DNA of 39,066 nt from Pseudomonadota bacterium (GCA_036165695.1 JAYZIH010000019.1:1-39066), one strand, 5' to 3'. Positions 10,080 to 17,597 are shown, numbered from the stretch's first letter. Translations and numbers: made by a program. Notes: generated by a model from the letters alone, not told the origin.

Positions 10080-10634
10080 CTACTTTTTAACAAGCGACTT
10101 TATAGCTGTTTTTAAAGGTTGCATCATTTTTGGTACTTCTGAATCAATAACATACATTCGTATCCAGTTGTTATCTAGATTCCCCATAACATTCATCAAA
10201 TGATTTCCTAATATAATTTTTGTTTTATAGTTTGGTTCCATGTCATATGGAAACTCACTATATTCTTCTAACCTCTCGTTAAGCTTTTCAATGAAAGAAA
10301 TTCTTTCATCTACGTCCTTTATTTTTAGCTCTTGTTTATTAGAGGTAATCGTATCACTTATTTTTTTAGCAATATCAGTAATATAAGTAAGTTTTTTATC
10401 ATCTGGTAGATTGATAAGTTCATTACTAGCTACATAAATTAAAAAACATGAAACTTCTTCAAGCACATTAAATCTATCTTCCCAAGTACTTGTTTCAAAA
10501 CCCTCATTTTCTAGACTAAGCAAAGTTTTTTGAGATATTTTCCAGATATTTACAGCAACAGCACCAGCAATTTGATCTATTTGTCTAGTTTTATCTTTTT
10601 GATTCCAACCAGTATGTATTCTTTGTATACTCAT
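10080..10634 (-). CDS. hypothetical protein
   Basis: 184 aa ORF, predicted soluble and helical by eye. No motif I can assign. Convergent with the 64 aa ORF (3 nt apart). Confidence 0.5.
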   Translation of the reverse strand: MSIQRIHTGWNQKDKTRQIDQIAGAVAVNIWKISQKTLLSLENEGFETSTWEDRFNVLEEVSCFLIYVASNELINLPDDKKLTYITDIAKKISDTITSNKQELKIKDVDERISFIEKLNERLEEYSEFPYDMEPNYKTKIILGNHLMNVMGNLDNNWIRMYVIDSEVPKMMQPLKTAIKSLVKK

Positions 10635-10683
10635 TTTTATAATTACAGTTAAATAAATACAATATATTAGAATTTTTTTAAAT

Positions 10684-11256
10684 ATGAAAGAATTAAAATC
10701 AGATAGCTTTATCTATGAATTTCCTAATATTATATCAAAAGAGATATGTGAAGACATTATTAAGAGATTTGAAAAAGACAAAGTAAACCATTATCGAGGA
10801 AGAATTGGACAGAAACTTGATGAGGATTTAGATATAAAGAGATCAACAGATTTATTTATTAGTGGAAAAGATGAATGGAAGGATGTAGACCAGATATTTT
10901 TTGATGCTTTAAAGAAAGCTATGATAGAAATAAAAAATAAAATAGATTTTTTTAATGGTCCCTTTAAAGACATGGGATATGCTATACAGAGAACAGATAA
11001 AGAAGAATTTTATCACTGGCATATTGATGGAGGTAGCCATGAATTTAGTTATAGACAATTAGTTGCAATCTTTTATTTAAATACATTAAGTGATGAAGAT
11101 GGTGGTACAACGGAATTTTTTCATCAAAAGATTAATGTCAAACCCGAGGTCGGAAAATTAATTTTATTTCCACCATTTTGGACTCATAAGCATAGGGGAC
11201 GCAAAGTAGAATTGGGAAAAAAATATATTGCTACTACATGGATAGTATTTGCTTAA
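10684..11256 (+). CDS. 2OG-Fe(II) oxygenase, prolyl-4-hydroxylase-like
   Basis: 190 aa with the H-x-D iron motif HWHIDG and a distal His in WTHKHRG. GGTTEF and LILFP strands are typical of the P4H-type double-stranded beta-helix. Confidence 0.75.
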   Translation: MKELKSDSFIYEFPNIISKEICEDIIKRFEKDKVNHYRGRIGQKLDEDLDIKRSTDLFISGKDEWKDVDQIFFDALKKAMIEIKNKIDFFNGPFKDMGYAIQRTDKEEFYHWHIDGGSHEFSYRQLVAIFYLNTLSDEDGGTTEFFHQKINVKPEVGKLILFPPFWTHKHRGRKVELGKKYIATTWIVFA

Positions 11257-11257
11257 T

Positions 11258-11581
11258 TTATTCTAAGAATATAGTATCTTGCATATTACCAGCAGTATCT
11301 ATATCAATACTTTTAGTTTTTGGCAGATGATAAATTATATATGCTGCCATCATTATTGCTGTTTCTTTTCTTCCATTGTGGATAGAGGTAAATAATCTTT
11401 CAGCTGCAATTTGACATTTTTGTAATTGATTAGGTTTTTCAACCCAAATTTGCCCCATTTGCCATCCCTTCTCCATATCAACATCCATTTTCTTGAAAAA
11501 ATCTACACCTTCTTCAATAATTAGTGGCTTAATTTTAAGGGGATATGAATTATTACCTAGAATAATTTTTAATTCATACAT
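11258..11581 (-). CDS. hypothetical protein (last gene of the dsrA-divergent operon)
   Basis: 107 aa ORF, 6 nt downstream of the 65 aa ORF on the same strand. No recognisable family. Confidence 0.5.
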   Translation of the reverse strand: MYELKIILGNNSYPLKIKPLIIEEGVDFFKKMDVDMEKGWQMGQIWVEKPNQLQKCQIAAERLFTSIHNGRKETAIMMAAYIIYHLPKTKSIDIDTAGNMQDTIFLE

Positions 11582-11587
11582 TTAGAA

Positions 11588-11785
11588 TTATTTATTTGAT
11601 CCTTTTTCTTTATGGGCAAGATCAACCACTTCCATTGCAGTGTCCCTATATTCTTCTCTGAAATTCGACAGACTCGATCCTTCTTTTGGAGCAAAGTATT
11701 CCTCAGGCTCCACACCTACTCTATCTAATTCAATGAACTTCTTTTGCATCTCGAGAAGCTTTTTAATTTTTTCTTTTTTATCCAT
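11588..11785 (-). CDS. hypothetical small charged protein
   Basis: 65 aa ORF, lysine/glutamate rich, 55 nt downstream of the DsrC-like gene. No obvious SD. Confidence 0.4.
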   Translation of the reverse strand: MDKKEKIKKLLEMQKKFIELDRVGVEPEEYFAPKEGSSLSNFREEYRDTAMEVVDLAHKEKGSNK

Positions 11786-11840
11786 TTGAATATTTTAACT
11801 TAATTATTTTAAAAAAGAACTATCTCATATTGAGTAGGAG

Positions 11841-12179
11841 CTAGTATCCACCTTTTCTTCTACTTTCAGGTAATCCAGATATCCTTCCGCCTTGTTTGCT
11901 TGGGTCACCTGGGAAAAGATCATATAGTACTTTAGCATCAATCTTCTCTCCCCATAATTTCTCAAAGTATTTAACGAGTTTCCTAGTATTAGGTTGATTC
12001 CCTGCATTATTAAAAAACTCATCTCTGAGATGGTTGATAACATCCCAATGTTTTGATGTTAATTCTAAACCTTCAGAGCTAGCTATATGTTTAGCTAATC
12101 CTTCACTCCAGTCTTCAGCATTAACTAGATATCCCATTTGAGTAGTTTCAATTTCTTTTCCATCAAAATCAATTGCCAT
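11841..12179 (-). CDS. DsrC/TusE-family protein lacking both conserved C-terminal cysteines (RspA-like)
   Basis: The 112 aa protein aligns over its whole length with the bona fide DsrC at 17627-17959 (GYL.N..DW..GLA, HW.VIN.LR, LY.LFP, GLP). Its C-terminal arm reads KQGGRISGLPESRRKGGY where DsrC reads KQACKYAGLPKPTGCV. A strong SD, GAGGTG, lies 5 nt upstream of the ATG. Confidence 0.85.
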   Translation of the reverse strand: MAIDFDGKEIETTQMGYLVNAEDWSEGLAKHIASSEGLELTSKHWDVINHLRDEFFNNAGNQPNTRKLVKYFEKLWGEKIDAKVLYDLFPGDPSKQGGRISGLPESRRKGGY

Positions 12180-12187
12180 AATTCACC

Positions 12188-12871
12188 TCATTCATCCCTT
12201 TCTTTTGCAACTGCTACTGCCGCAATGCTTTTATAGGGTAAAAAGATACCACAACCAAATAATTTTCCAATACCTAATCCTATTTCCTGTAATTTAATTG
12301 AATCTTGTGGGGACATTTCAGTAATTAATAAGGTACATGTTTTATAGGTAGTTTTAGATGTTTTTACATTATATGATTTACCACACATCATTTTTTTTAC
12401 ATGGATACCTAACTTCTCAATATCACTTTTAACAGATTCTAAAAACTGATCTTCAGTTTTGCTTATATCCATAATTAGATATCTACAAAAAAGTGTATCT
12501 GATACAGTTAGTTTTTTAACATTTGGCTTGCTTAACTTAACAGAATATTTTCCAACTGGAAGAGTTTTATTATCCAATTCTTTTATAAGCTCGATATGTT
12601 TATTCAGTGACCTAATAGTTAATCTTGCCCTTTTTGATAAATAAATCTCATCCTTAGGTCTTTCCCAGCCAGCCCCAGATGAGGAGCCATGAATTGTATG
12701 TATGGCTAGATTATCAATTGATTCTATACTTGGAATAATTTCTTTAATTGATATGAATAAATCGTAAGCATGGTCAGCAGAAATTTTTTTACAATCAACA
12801 TGAAAGGCTATATCAATTGTATTAGATTCAATTTTGATATCTTCATCTTCCTCTGTTTCTTCCCAATACAT
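12188..12871 (-). CDS. Cas6/Cmx6-like RAMP-fold protein (orphan, no CRISPR context)
   Basis: The 227 aa sequence reads by eye as two beta-alpha-beta-beta-alpha-beta lobes. Near the C-terminus, GLGIGKLFGCG fits the Cas6 glycine-rich loop pattern GhGxxxxxGhG, including a basic residue. The N-terminal IDIAFHVDC..ISADHAYDL resembles Cmx6-type sequences as I recall them. Confidence 0.6.
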   Translation of the reverse strand: MYWEETEEDEDIKIESNTIDIAFHVDCKKISADHAYDLFISIKEIIPSIESIDNLAIHTIHGSSSGAGWERPKDEIYLSKRARLTIRSLNKHIELIKELDNKTLPVGKYSVKLSKPNVKKLTVSDTLFCRYLIMDISKTEDQFLESVKSDIEKLGIHVKKMMCGKSYNVKTSKTTYKTCTLLITEMSPQDSIKLQEIGLGIGKLFGCGIFLPYKSIAAVAVAKERDE

Positions 12872-12877
12872 AATAAT

Positions 12878-13063
12878 TTATGGTGACGTGAATAAGTTTT
12901 CTAAATCTGATTCATAATTATCCGGAGTATCATCAAAAGGAGGCTTTATATCAATTGATAAAAAAATTTCTCCGTCTTTAATTTTATCTTTTATAAACTT
13001 CTTAAGAGATTTATAGGAGTCGATCTTATGCTCTGCAATTAATATTTCACTAATTACTAGCAT
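12878..13063 (-). CDS. hypothetical small protein with acidic tail
   Basis: 61 aa ORF. Its start overlaps the TauD-like gene by 14 nt and its stop lies 6 nt upstream of the Cas6-like start. No recognisable family. Confidence 0.35.
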   Translation of the reverse strand: MLVISEILIAEHKIDSYKSLKKFIKDKIKDGEIFLSIDIKPPFDDTPDNYESDLENLFTSP

Positions 13064-13916
13064 TATTGAAAATTCTGTTTTTAAATCTTATTCTATACAA
13101 TAATCTTTCTTCATTGCTGTCAGAAAATGCTTCTCTTTTATGTAAAATATTATTTGCAATAAATCCTTCATTTTTGTTTAACAAGGTTTTTAATTTAAAT
13201 TGGTTATCATCTTCCAAAAATTCTTTAATAAATGTAGTTATTTGCTTAGTCATTTTATCATTTTTCCACATAATATTTCTTTCTCTCATTGTATAGCGCA
13301 AATGGATTTCATTTTGATTGTCAATTTTAAATACTGGCCCAACTACATCTTGACTATTTTCGACATTATCGTCTTTTGGTATCGTCATAACATCGTTTTC
13401 CATTAGAAAATTAATAAAGTTTGTATTTTTATCTCTTAATGCAATATATAGCATTTCATGATCTAGTACTATATTTTCTCCACCTTTAGTTGCTGGATTC
13501 ACACAATGTAATATAAAAGATTTTATAGAAAATAAATTATGATTATAGTAGCCATCTGTATGCCAATTTAACTCCTTGTTTGTATAAGGTATATATTTAC
13601 TAAATTTTCCTCCATCATCTTGATTTTTGATTTCAGATATACCTTGAGAGTCTGAGTTTGGGTTGTGAATAATATCTATTAAGTTTAGCTGGCTGCACAG
13701 CAAGAGGACATCTTCTTTCTTTACCTCATTTTCGTGACTATAAAAAACGTAATTGTACATTTGAGAGACGGTCTTTAACCTTACTAATTCCTTAGACTTT
13801 AGCGCTCCTATGTCATTGATTTTAATCTTAATTTCATTAGGATTTATTGGATAATACGAGAGTTTTTGCTTTTTCCATACCTCGTAATCAGAGTTATTTT
13901 CTAGATTGGCTAACAT
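13050..13916 (-). CDS. TauD/TfdA-family Fe(II)/2-oxoglutarate dioxygenase-like protein
   Basis: 288 aa with the H-x-D motif in NWHTDGYY, a GGEN segment, and a distal His in NNILHKRE followed by Arg residues. The length fits the family. Confidence 0.75.
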   Translation of the reverse strand: MLANLENNSDYEVWKKQKLSYYPINPNEIKIKINDIGALKSKELVRLKTVSQMYNYVFYSHENEVKKEDVLLLCSQLNLIDIIHNPNSDSQGISEIKNQDDGGKFSKYIPYTNKELNWHTDGYYNHNLFSIKSFILHCVNPATKGGENIVLDHEMLYIALRDKNTNFINFLMENDVMTIPKDDNVENSQDVVGPVFKIDNQNEIHLRYTMRERNIMWKNDKMTKQITTFIKEFLEDDNQFKLKTLLNKNEGFIANNILHKREAFSDSNEERLLYRIRFKNRIFNNASN

Positions 13917-13952
13917 TTGTTAGAATCTACTAATACTCCAGCAAGAAAGGGA

Positions 13953-13968
13953 TACCCCTTATGGGATA
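13953..13968. promoter_or_regulatory. 7-2-7 inverted repeat TACCCCT-TA-TGGGATA, candidate NarL/LuxR-family operator
   Basis: The left half fits the E. coli NarL heptamer TACYYMT exactly. The right half is its inverted copy at 5/7. It is a G+C-rich island inside the AT-rich 148 bp dsrA/TauD-like divergent intergenic region. Confidence 0.3.
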
Positions 13969-14011
13969 TGACCTTACACCCCAATAGAGCTGTGTTTAAT
14001 AGGCCTAATAA

Positions 14012-14040
14012 TGCATAAAATTACGCTATATAGTTATAAT
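14012..14040 (+). promoter_or_regulatory. candidate sigma70-type dsrA promoter
   Basis: Perfect -10 TATAAT at 14035-14040. The -35 is weak (TGCATA at 14012-14017, 17 nt spacer). SD GGGGAGA at 14051-14057 precedes ATG 14065. Confidence 0.3.
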
Positions 14041-14064
14041 ACTTCTTAATGGGGAGATTGAAAG

Positions 14065-15333
14065 ATGGCAGAAAAACAAAAACATCCAACACCAATGCTT
14101 GATGAGCTTGAACACGGCCCATGGCCAAGCTTCATATCAGGCATTAAGAGACTCAGAGACAAACATAAGGATAAACGTGTGCAAGGGGTAGCAAACGACT
14201 TATTAGGACAACTTGAACACTCATATGAAACACGTAAAGGATATTGGAAAGGGGGAACAGTTAGTGTGTTTGGATATGGAAGTGGAATTATTCCAAGATT
14301 TTCAGAAGTAGGTTCATCATTCCCAGATTCTAAAGAATTTCACACACTTAGAGTACAACCGCCAGCAGGAAACTATTATACAACTGACATGTTAAGACAA
14401 CTTGGAGAGAGTTGGGAGAAGCATGGTTCAGGTTTATCAACATTTCATGGACAAACAGGCAACATAATGTTTATTGGAACTTCAACAGAAGGAACACAAC
14501 ATTTCTTTGATGAAATAAATGAATATGGTTGGGATTTAGGTGGAGCAGGACCATGTGTAAGAACTGGCATGTGTTGTGTGGGTGCTGCTAGATGTGAGCA
14601 GTCTAACTTAGATGAAATAAAGATTCATAGAACCTTGCTTAATAATTTTACTGATGATGTGCATAGACCAGCATTACCATATAAATTTAAATTCAAAGTT
14701 TCTGGGTGCCCAAATGATTGTGTTAACTCTATAGAAAGAGCAGATTTTTCAATTATTGGAACCTGGAAAGATGATATGCAAGTTAGTCAAGAAAAAGTTA
14801 AAGAGTTTGTAGAAAAAAAGGGAAGAAAGTATGTAATTGATAACGTAATTACAAGATGCCCAACTAATTGCTTATCTTTAGAAGACGATGATTCACTTAG
14901 TGTTGATAATAAAAACTGTGTGAGATGTATGCATTGTTTAAATGTTATGCCTGAAGCTTTAAGTCCAGGAAAAGATAAAGGCGCAACTATTTTAATGGGC
15001 GGAAAAAGAACTTTAAAAGTTGGAGACCTAATGGGTACTGTTATCGTCCCATTTATGAAGTTAGATAACGAAGAGGATTATGAAAAATTGGTAGAACTTG
15101 CTGAAGAAACTATAGATTTTTGGGCAGAAAATGGATTAGAACAGGAAAGATGTGGAGAGATGATTGAGCGTATTGGACTAGTAAATTTCTTAGAAGGTAT
15201 CGGTATGGAAGTTGATCCTACTATGGTTAATGACCCTACAACAAGCTCCTACATTAGAATGGACGGATGGGACGAGGAAGCTGAGAAGTGGTTTAAAGAA
15301 AGACTAAAACAGCCAGAAGCTGCAGCAAATTAA
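14065..15333 (+). CDS. dsrA: dissimilatory sulfite reductase alpha subunit (oxidative/reverse type)
   Basis: 422 aa with a siroheme/[4Fe-4S] Cys cluster (CVRTGMCCVGAARC) and a ferredoxin insert (CPNDC, CVRCMHC). dsrB and dsrEFH follow. Confidence 0.97.
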   Translation: MAEKQKHPTPMLDELEHGPWPSFISGIKRLRDKHKDKRVQGVANDLLGQLEHSYETRKGYWKGGTVSVFGYGSGIIPRFSEVGSSFPDSKEFHTLRVQPPAGNYYTTDMLRQLGESWEKHGSGLSTFHGQTGNIMFIGTSTEGTQHFFDEINEYGWDLGGAGPCVRTGMCCVGAARCEQSNLDEIKIHRTLLNNFTDDVHRPALPYKFKFKVSGCPNDCVNSIERADFSIIGTWKDDMQVSQEKVKEFVEKKGRKYVIDNVITRCPTNCLSLEDDDSLSVDNKNCVRCMHCLNVMPEALSPGKDKGATILMGGKRTLKVGDLMGTVIVPFMKLDNEEDYEKLVELAEETIDFWAENGLEQERCGEMIERIGLVNFLEGIGMEVDPTMVNDPTTSSYIRMDGWDEEAEKWFKERLKQPEAAAN

Positions 15334-15347
15334 TTTAGGAGCTATAA

Positions 15348-16433
15348 ATGGAAGAAAAAGCACAAGTAGAACATAGAAATCCAATTGAAACAGGATGTCC
15401 GGATGCTTTTCAATATATGCATCCACTAATGAGAAAAAATTATGGGAATTGGGCATATCATGAGGACCCACGTCCTGGTGTATTAAAGCATGTAGCTCAT
15501 AGTGGCGAGGCAATATGGACTGTCAGAGCAGGCACACAAAGAATACTTGATGTTTTTACACTTAATCTATTGTGTGATATTGGCGATAAATTTGCTGATG
15601 GTTATGTGCGTTTTACAATAAGAAGCAACATAGAATATATGGTTGACCAAGAGTCTAAAGTTGGTCCACTTATTGTTGAGCTAGAAAAAAATGGTTTTGT
15701 CGTAGGTGGAACTAAAAACTCAGTTGCAATGATTTCGCATACTCAAGGATGGTTGCATTGTGATATTCCAGGAACTGATGCATCAGGAGTTGTTAAAGCA
15801 ATGATGGATGAATTAATAGATGAGTTCAAAGGATGGAATATGCCTAATCGTGTGCATATGACAACCTCTTGCTGCCAGATTAATTGCGGTGGACAAGGAG
15901 ATATTGCTATAAATGTTCAACATACAAAACCCCCAAAGATAAATCATGAATTAGTATCTAATGTATGTGAAAGACCTTCTGTTGTTGCAAGATGCCCAGT
16001 TGCAGCTATAAGACCAGCTCAGGTAAATGGAAAACCTTCCCTTGAAGTAGATGAGAAAAAATGTATATGTTGTGGTGCATGTTATCCACCATGTCCACCT
16101 ATGCAAATTAATGATGCAGAACATACAAAACTATCGATTTGGGTCGGAGGAAACCACTCAAACGCAAGAGGAAAACCAACTTTCCAGAAACTAGTAGCGG
16201 CAGGAATCCCAAATAACCCACCAAGGTGGCCGGAAGCTACTTCAATAGTAAAAAAGATTCTAAGAGCATATAGAGATAATGCAAAGGATTGGGAGAGAAT
16301 TAATGACTGGATAGAGCGCATAGGATGGCCAAGATTTTTTGAATTAACTGGCTTACCTTTTACAAAATTTCATATTAATAATTGGAAAGGTGCAAGAAAT
16401 AGTCTAAACGCATCAACACATATAAGATTCTAA
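15348..16433 (+). CDS. dsrB: dissimilatory sulfite reductase beta subunit
   Basis: 361 aa with the TTSCCQINCGG Cys cluster and ferredoxin domain CICCGACYPPCP. SD AGGAG upstream. Confidence 0.97.
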   Translation: MEEKAQVEHRNPIETGCPDAFQYMHPLMRKNYGNWAYHEDPRPGVLKHVAHSGEAIWTVRAGTQRILDVFTLNLLCDIGDKFADGYVRFTIRSNIEYMVDQESKVGPLIVELEKNGFVVGGTKNSVAMISHTQGWLHCDIPGTDASGVVKAMMDELIDEFKGWNMPNRVHMTTSCCQINCGGQGDIAINVQHTKPPKINHELVSNVCERPSVVARCPVAAIRPAQVNGKPSLEVDEKKCICCGACYPPCPPMQINDAEHTKLSIWVGGNHSNARGKPTFQKLVAAGIPNNPPRWPEATSIVKKILRAYRDNAKDWERINDWIERIGWPRFFELTGLPFTKFHINNWKGARNSLNASTHIRF

Positions 16434-16454
16434 TCATTTAGGGGCTCTAATATT

Positions 16455-16847
16455 ATGAAATTAGGTATATTAATTAATGAGGGGCCTTATCAGCATCAAG
16501 CTTCAGATTCAGCGCTTCAATTTTCAAAAGCAGCTATAGAAAAAGGACACGAGATATTTAGAGTATTTTTTTATAATGATGGAGTTAATAATGCAACAAG
16601 ACTTGCAATACCACCTCAAGATGATCGTAATATAACTAAAGAATGGAGTGAGTTAGCAAAAAAAAATAACATTGACCTTGTTGTATGTGTTGCTGCAGCG
16701 CAAAGGCGTGGACTAATTGATGCAGACGAAGCAAAAAGGAATGGAAAGGATGCTGATAACATCGCCGAGGGCTTTAGAATCTCAGGATTAGGCCAACTAG
16801 TTGAGGCTGGAATACAGTCTGATAGGTTAATTACATTTGGTGACTAA
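16455..16847 (+). CDS. dsrE: sulfurtransferase DsrE (TusD-like)
   Basis: 130 aa DsrE/TusD fold (MKLGILINEGPY) with the conserved active Cys in VVCVAAA. Position in the dsr locus fits. Confidence 0.9.
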   Translation: MKLGILINEGPYQHQASDSALQFSKAAIEKGHEIFRVFFYNDGVNNATRLAIPPQDDRNITKEWSELAKKNNIDLVVCVAAAQRRGLIDADEAKRNGKDADNIAEGFRISGLGQLVEAGIQSDRLITFGD

Positions 16848-16849
16848 TT

Positions 16850-17278
16850 ATGAGTGACGAAGCGAATAATGAAGCTAAAGTAAAAAAATTTATGTATGTT
16901 AATAGAAAGTCTCCTTATGGAACAATCTATGCTTTGGAATCTCTAGAAGTCGTACTTATAACCGCAGCATTTGATCAGGATGTAAGCTTAGCTTTTTTGG
17001 ATGATGGTGTTTACCAGTTAACTAAGAACCAAAAAACAGAAGGCATTGGTATGAAAAATTTTTCTCCAACATTTGCTGCTCTTGGTGATTACGATATAAA
17101 AAAGATTTATATTGAAAAAGATTCTCTAGATGAAAGAGGTTTAGATATTTCTGATTTACAAGAACTAGTATATGAAGATGAAGATAATGATTACGAAGAA
17201 AAGAGTTCGATTCATTTAGTCTCTAAAGAAGAATTATCGAAAATAATGGACGAACAAGACGTAACGTTAAGTTTTTAA
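16850..17278 (+). CDS. dsrF: DsrF (TusC-like)
   Basis: 142 aa with a TusC-like N-terminal pattern (FMYVNRKSPYG). Sits between dsrE and dsrH. Confidence 0.85.
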   Translation: MSDEANNEAKVKKFMYVNRKSPYGTIYALESLEVVLITAAFDQDVSLAFLDDGVYQLTKNQKTEGIGMKNFSPTFAALGDYDIKKIYIEKDSLDERGLDISDLQELVYEDEDNDYEEKSSIHLVSKEELSKIMDEQDVTLSF

Positions 17279-17288
17279 TGGAAAAAAT

Positions 17289-17597
17289 ATGGGAATATTA
17301 CATACTATAAATAAATCACCTTTTGAAAATAATTCTTTGGAGTCATGCTTATCACTTCTAGCTCCAGAAAGCAGTGTACTTTTTATTGAAGATGCAGTTA
17401 TTGCTGCTATGCAGAATACAAAGTTCAGTTCTTTAGTTGAAGATAAACTTAAGGCGTTTAAGATTTACGCTCTACAACCAGATTTGGATGCTAGAGGTCT
17501 TGACGGAGGAAAGGTGATTAACGGTATTGAAGTGATTGGATACAATGATTTTGTAGATTTAGCGGTATCTCATAAATCTGTGCAATCTTGGTTATAA
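17289..17597 (+). CDS. dsrH: DsrH (TusB-like)
   Basis: 102 aa with a TusB-like pattern (ILHTINKSP...LESC...FIEDAV) including the conserved Cys. Confidence 0.85.
   Translation: MGILHTINKSPFENNSLESCLSLLAPESSVLFIEDAVIAAMQNTKFSSLVEDKLKAFKIYALQPDLDARGLDGGKVINGIEVIGYNDFVDLAVSHKSVQSWL

Noticed and set aside
11825-12043. 72 aa ORF overlapping the DsrC-like gene in another frame of the same strand.
   Set aside because: It is almost entirely embedded in a gene with clear family homology and has no motif or SD of its own, so it is most likely a spurious frame.
13066-13406. Two + strand ORFs (76 and 68 aa) antisense to the TauD-like gene.
   Set aside because: Their low-complexity Leu/Ile/Phe/Asn-rich translations are typical of antisense frames in AT-rich DNA. 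The opposite strand carries a recognisable family protein.
9882-13916. The poorly assignable stretch read as a prophage remnant, mobile island or classical anti-phage defence island.
   Set aside because: There are no recombinase, flanking direct repeats, tRNA target, or nuclease, ATPase or methylase genes typical of defence systems. The tight divergent linkage to dsrA argues for a metabolic or regulatory role. An accessory origin cannot be excluded without comparative genomics.
14065-16433. dsrAB read as a reductive (sulfate or sulfite respiring) system.
   Set aside because: The locus contains dsrEFH and dsrL and lacks dsrD. This is the established signature of the oxidative pathway.
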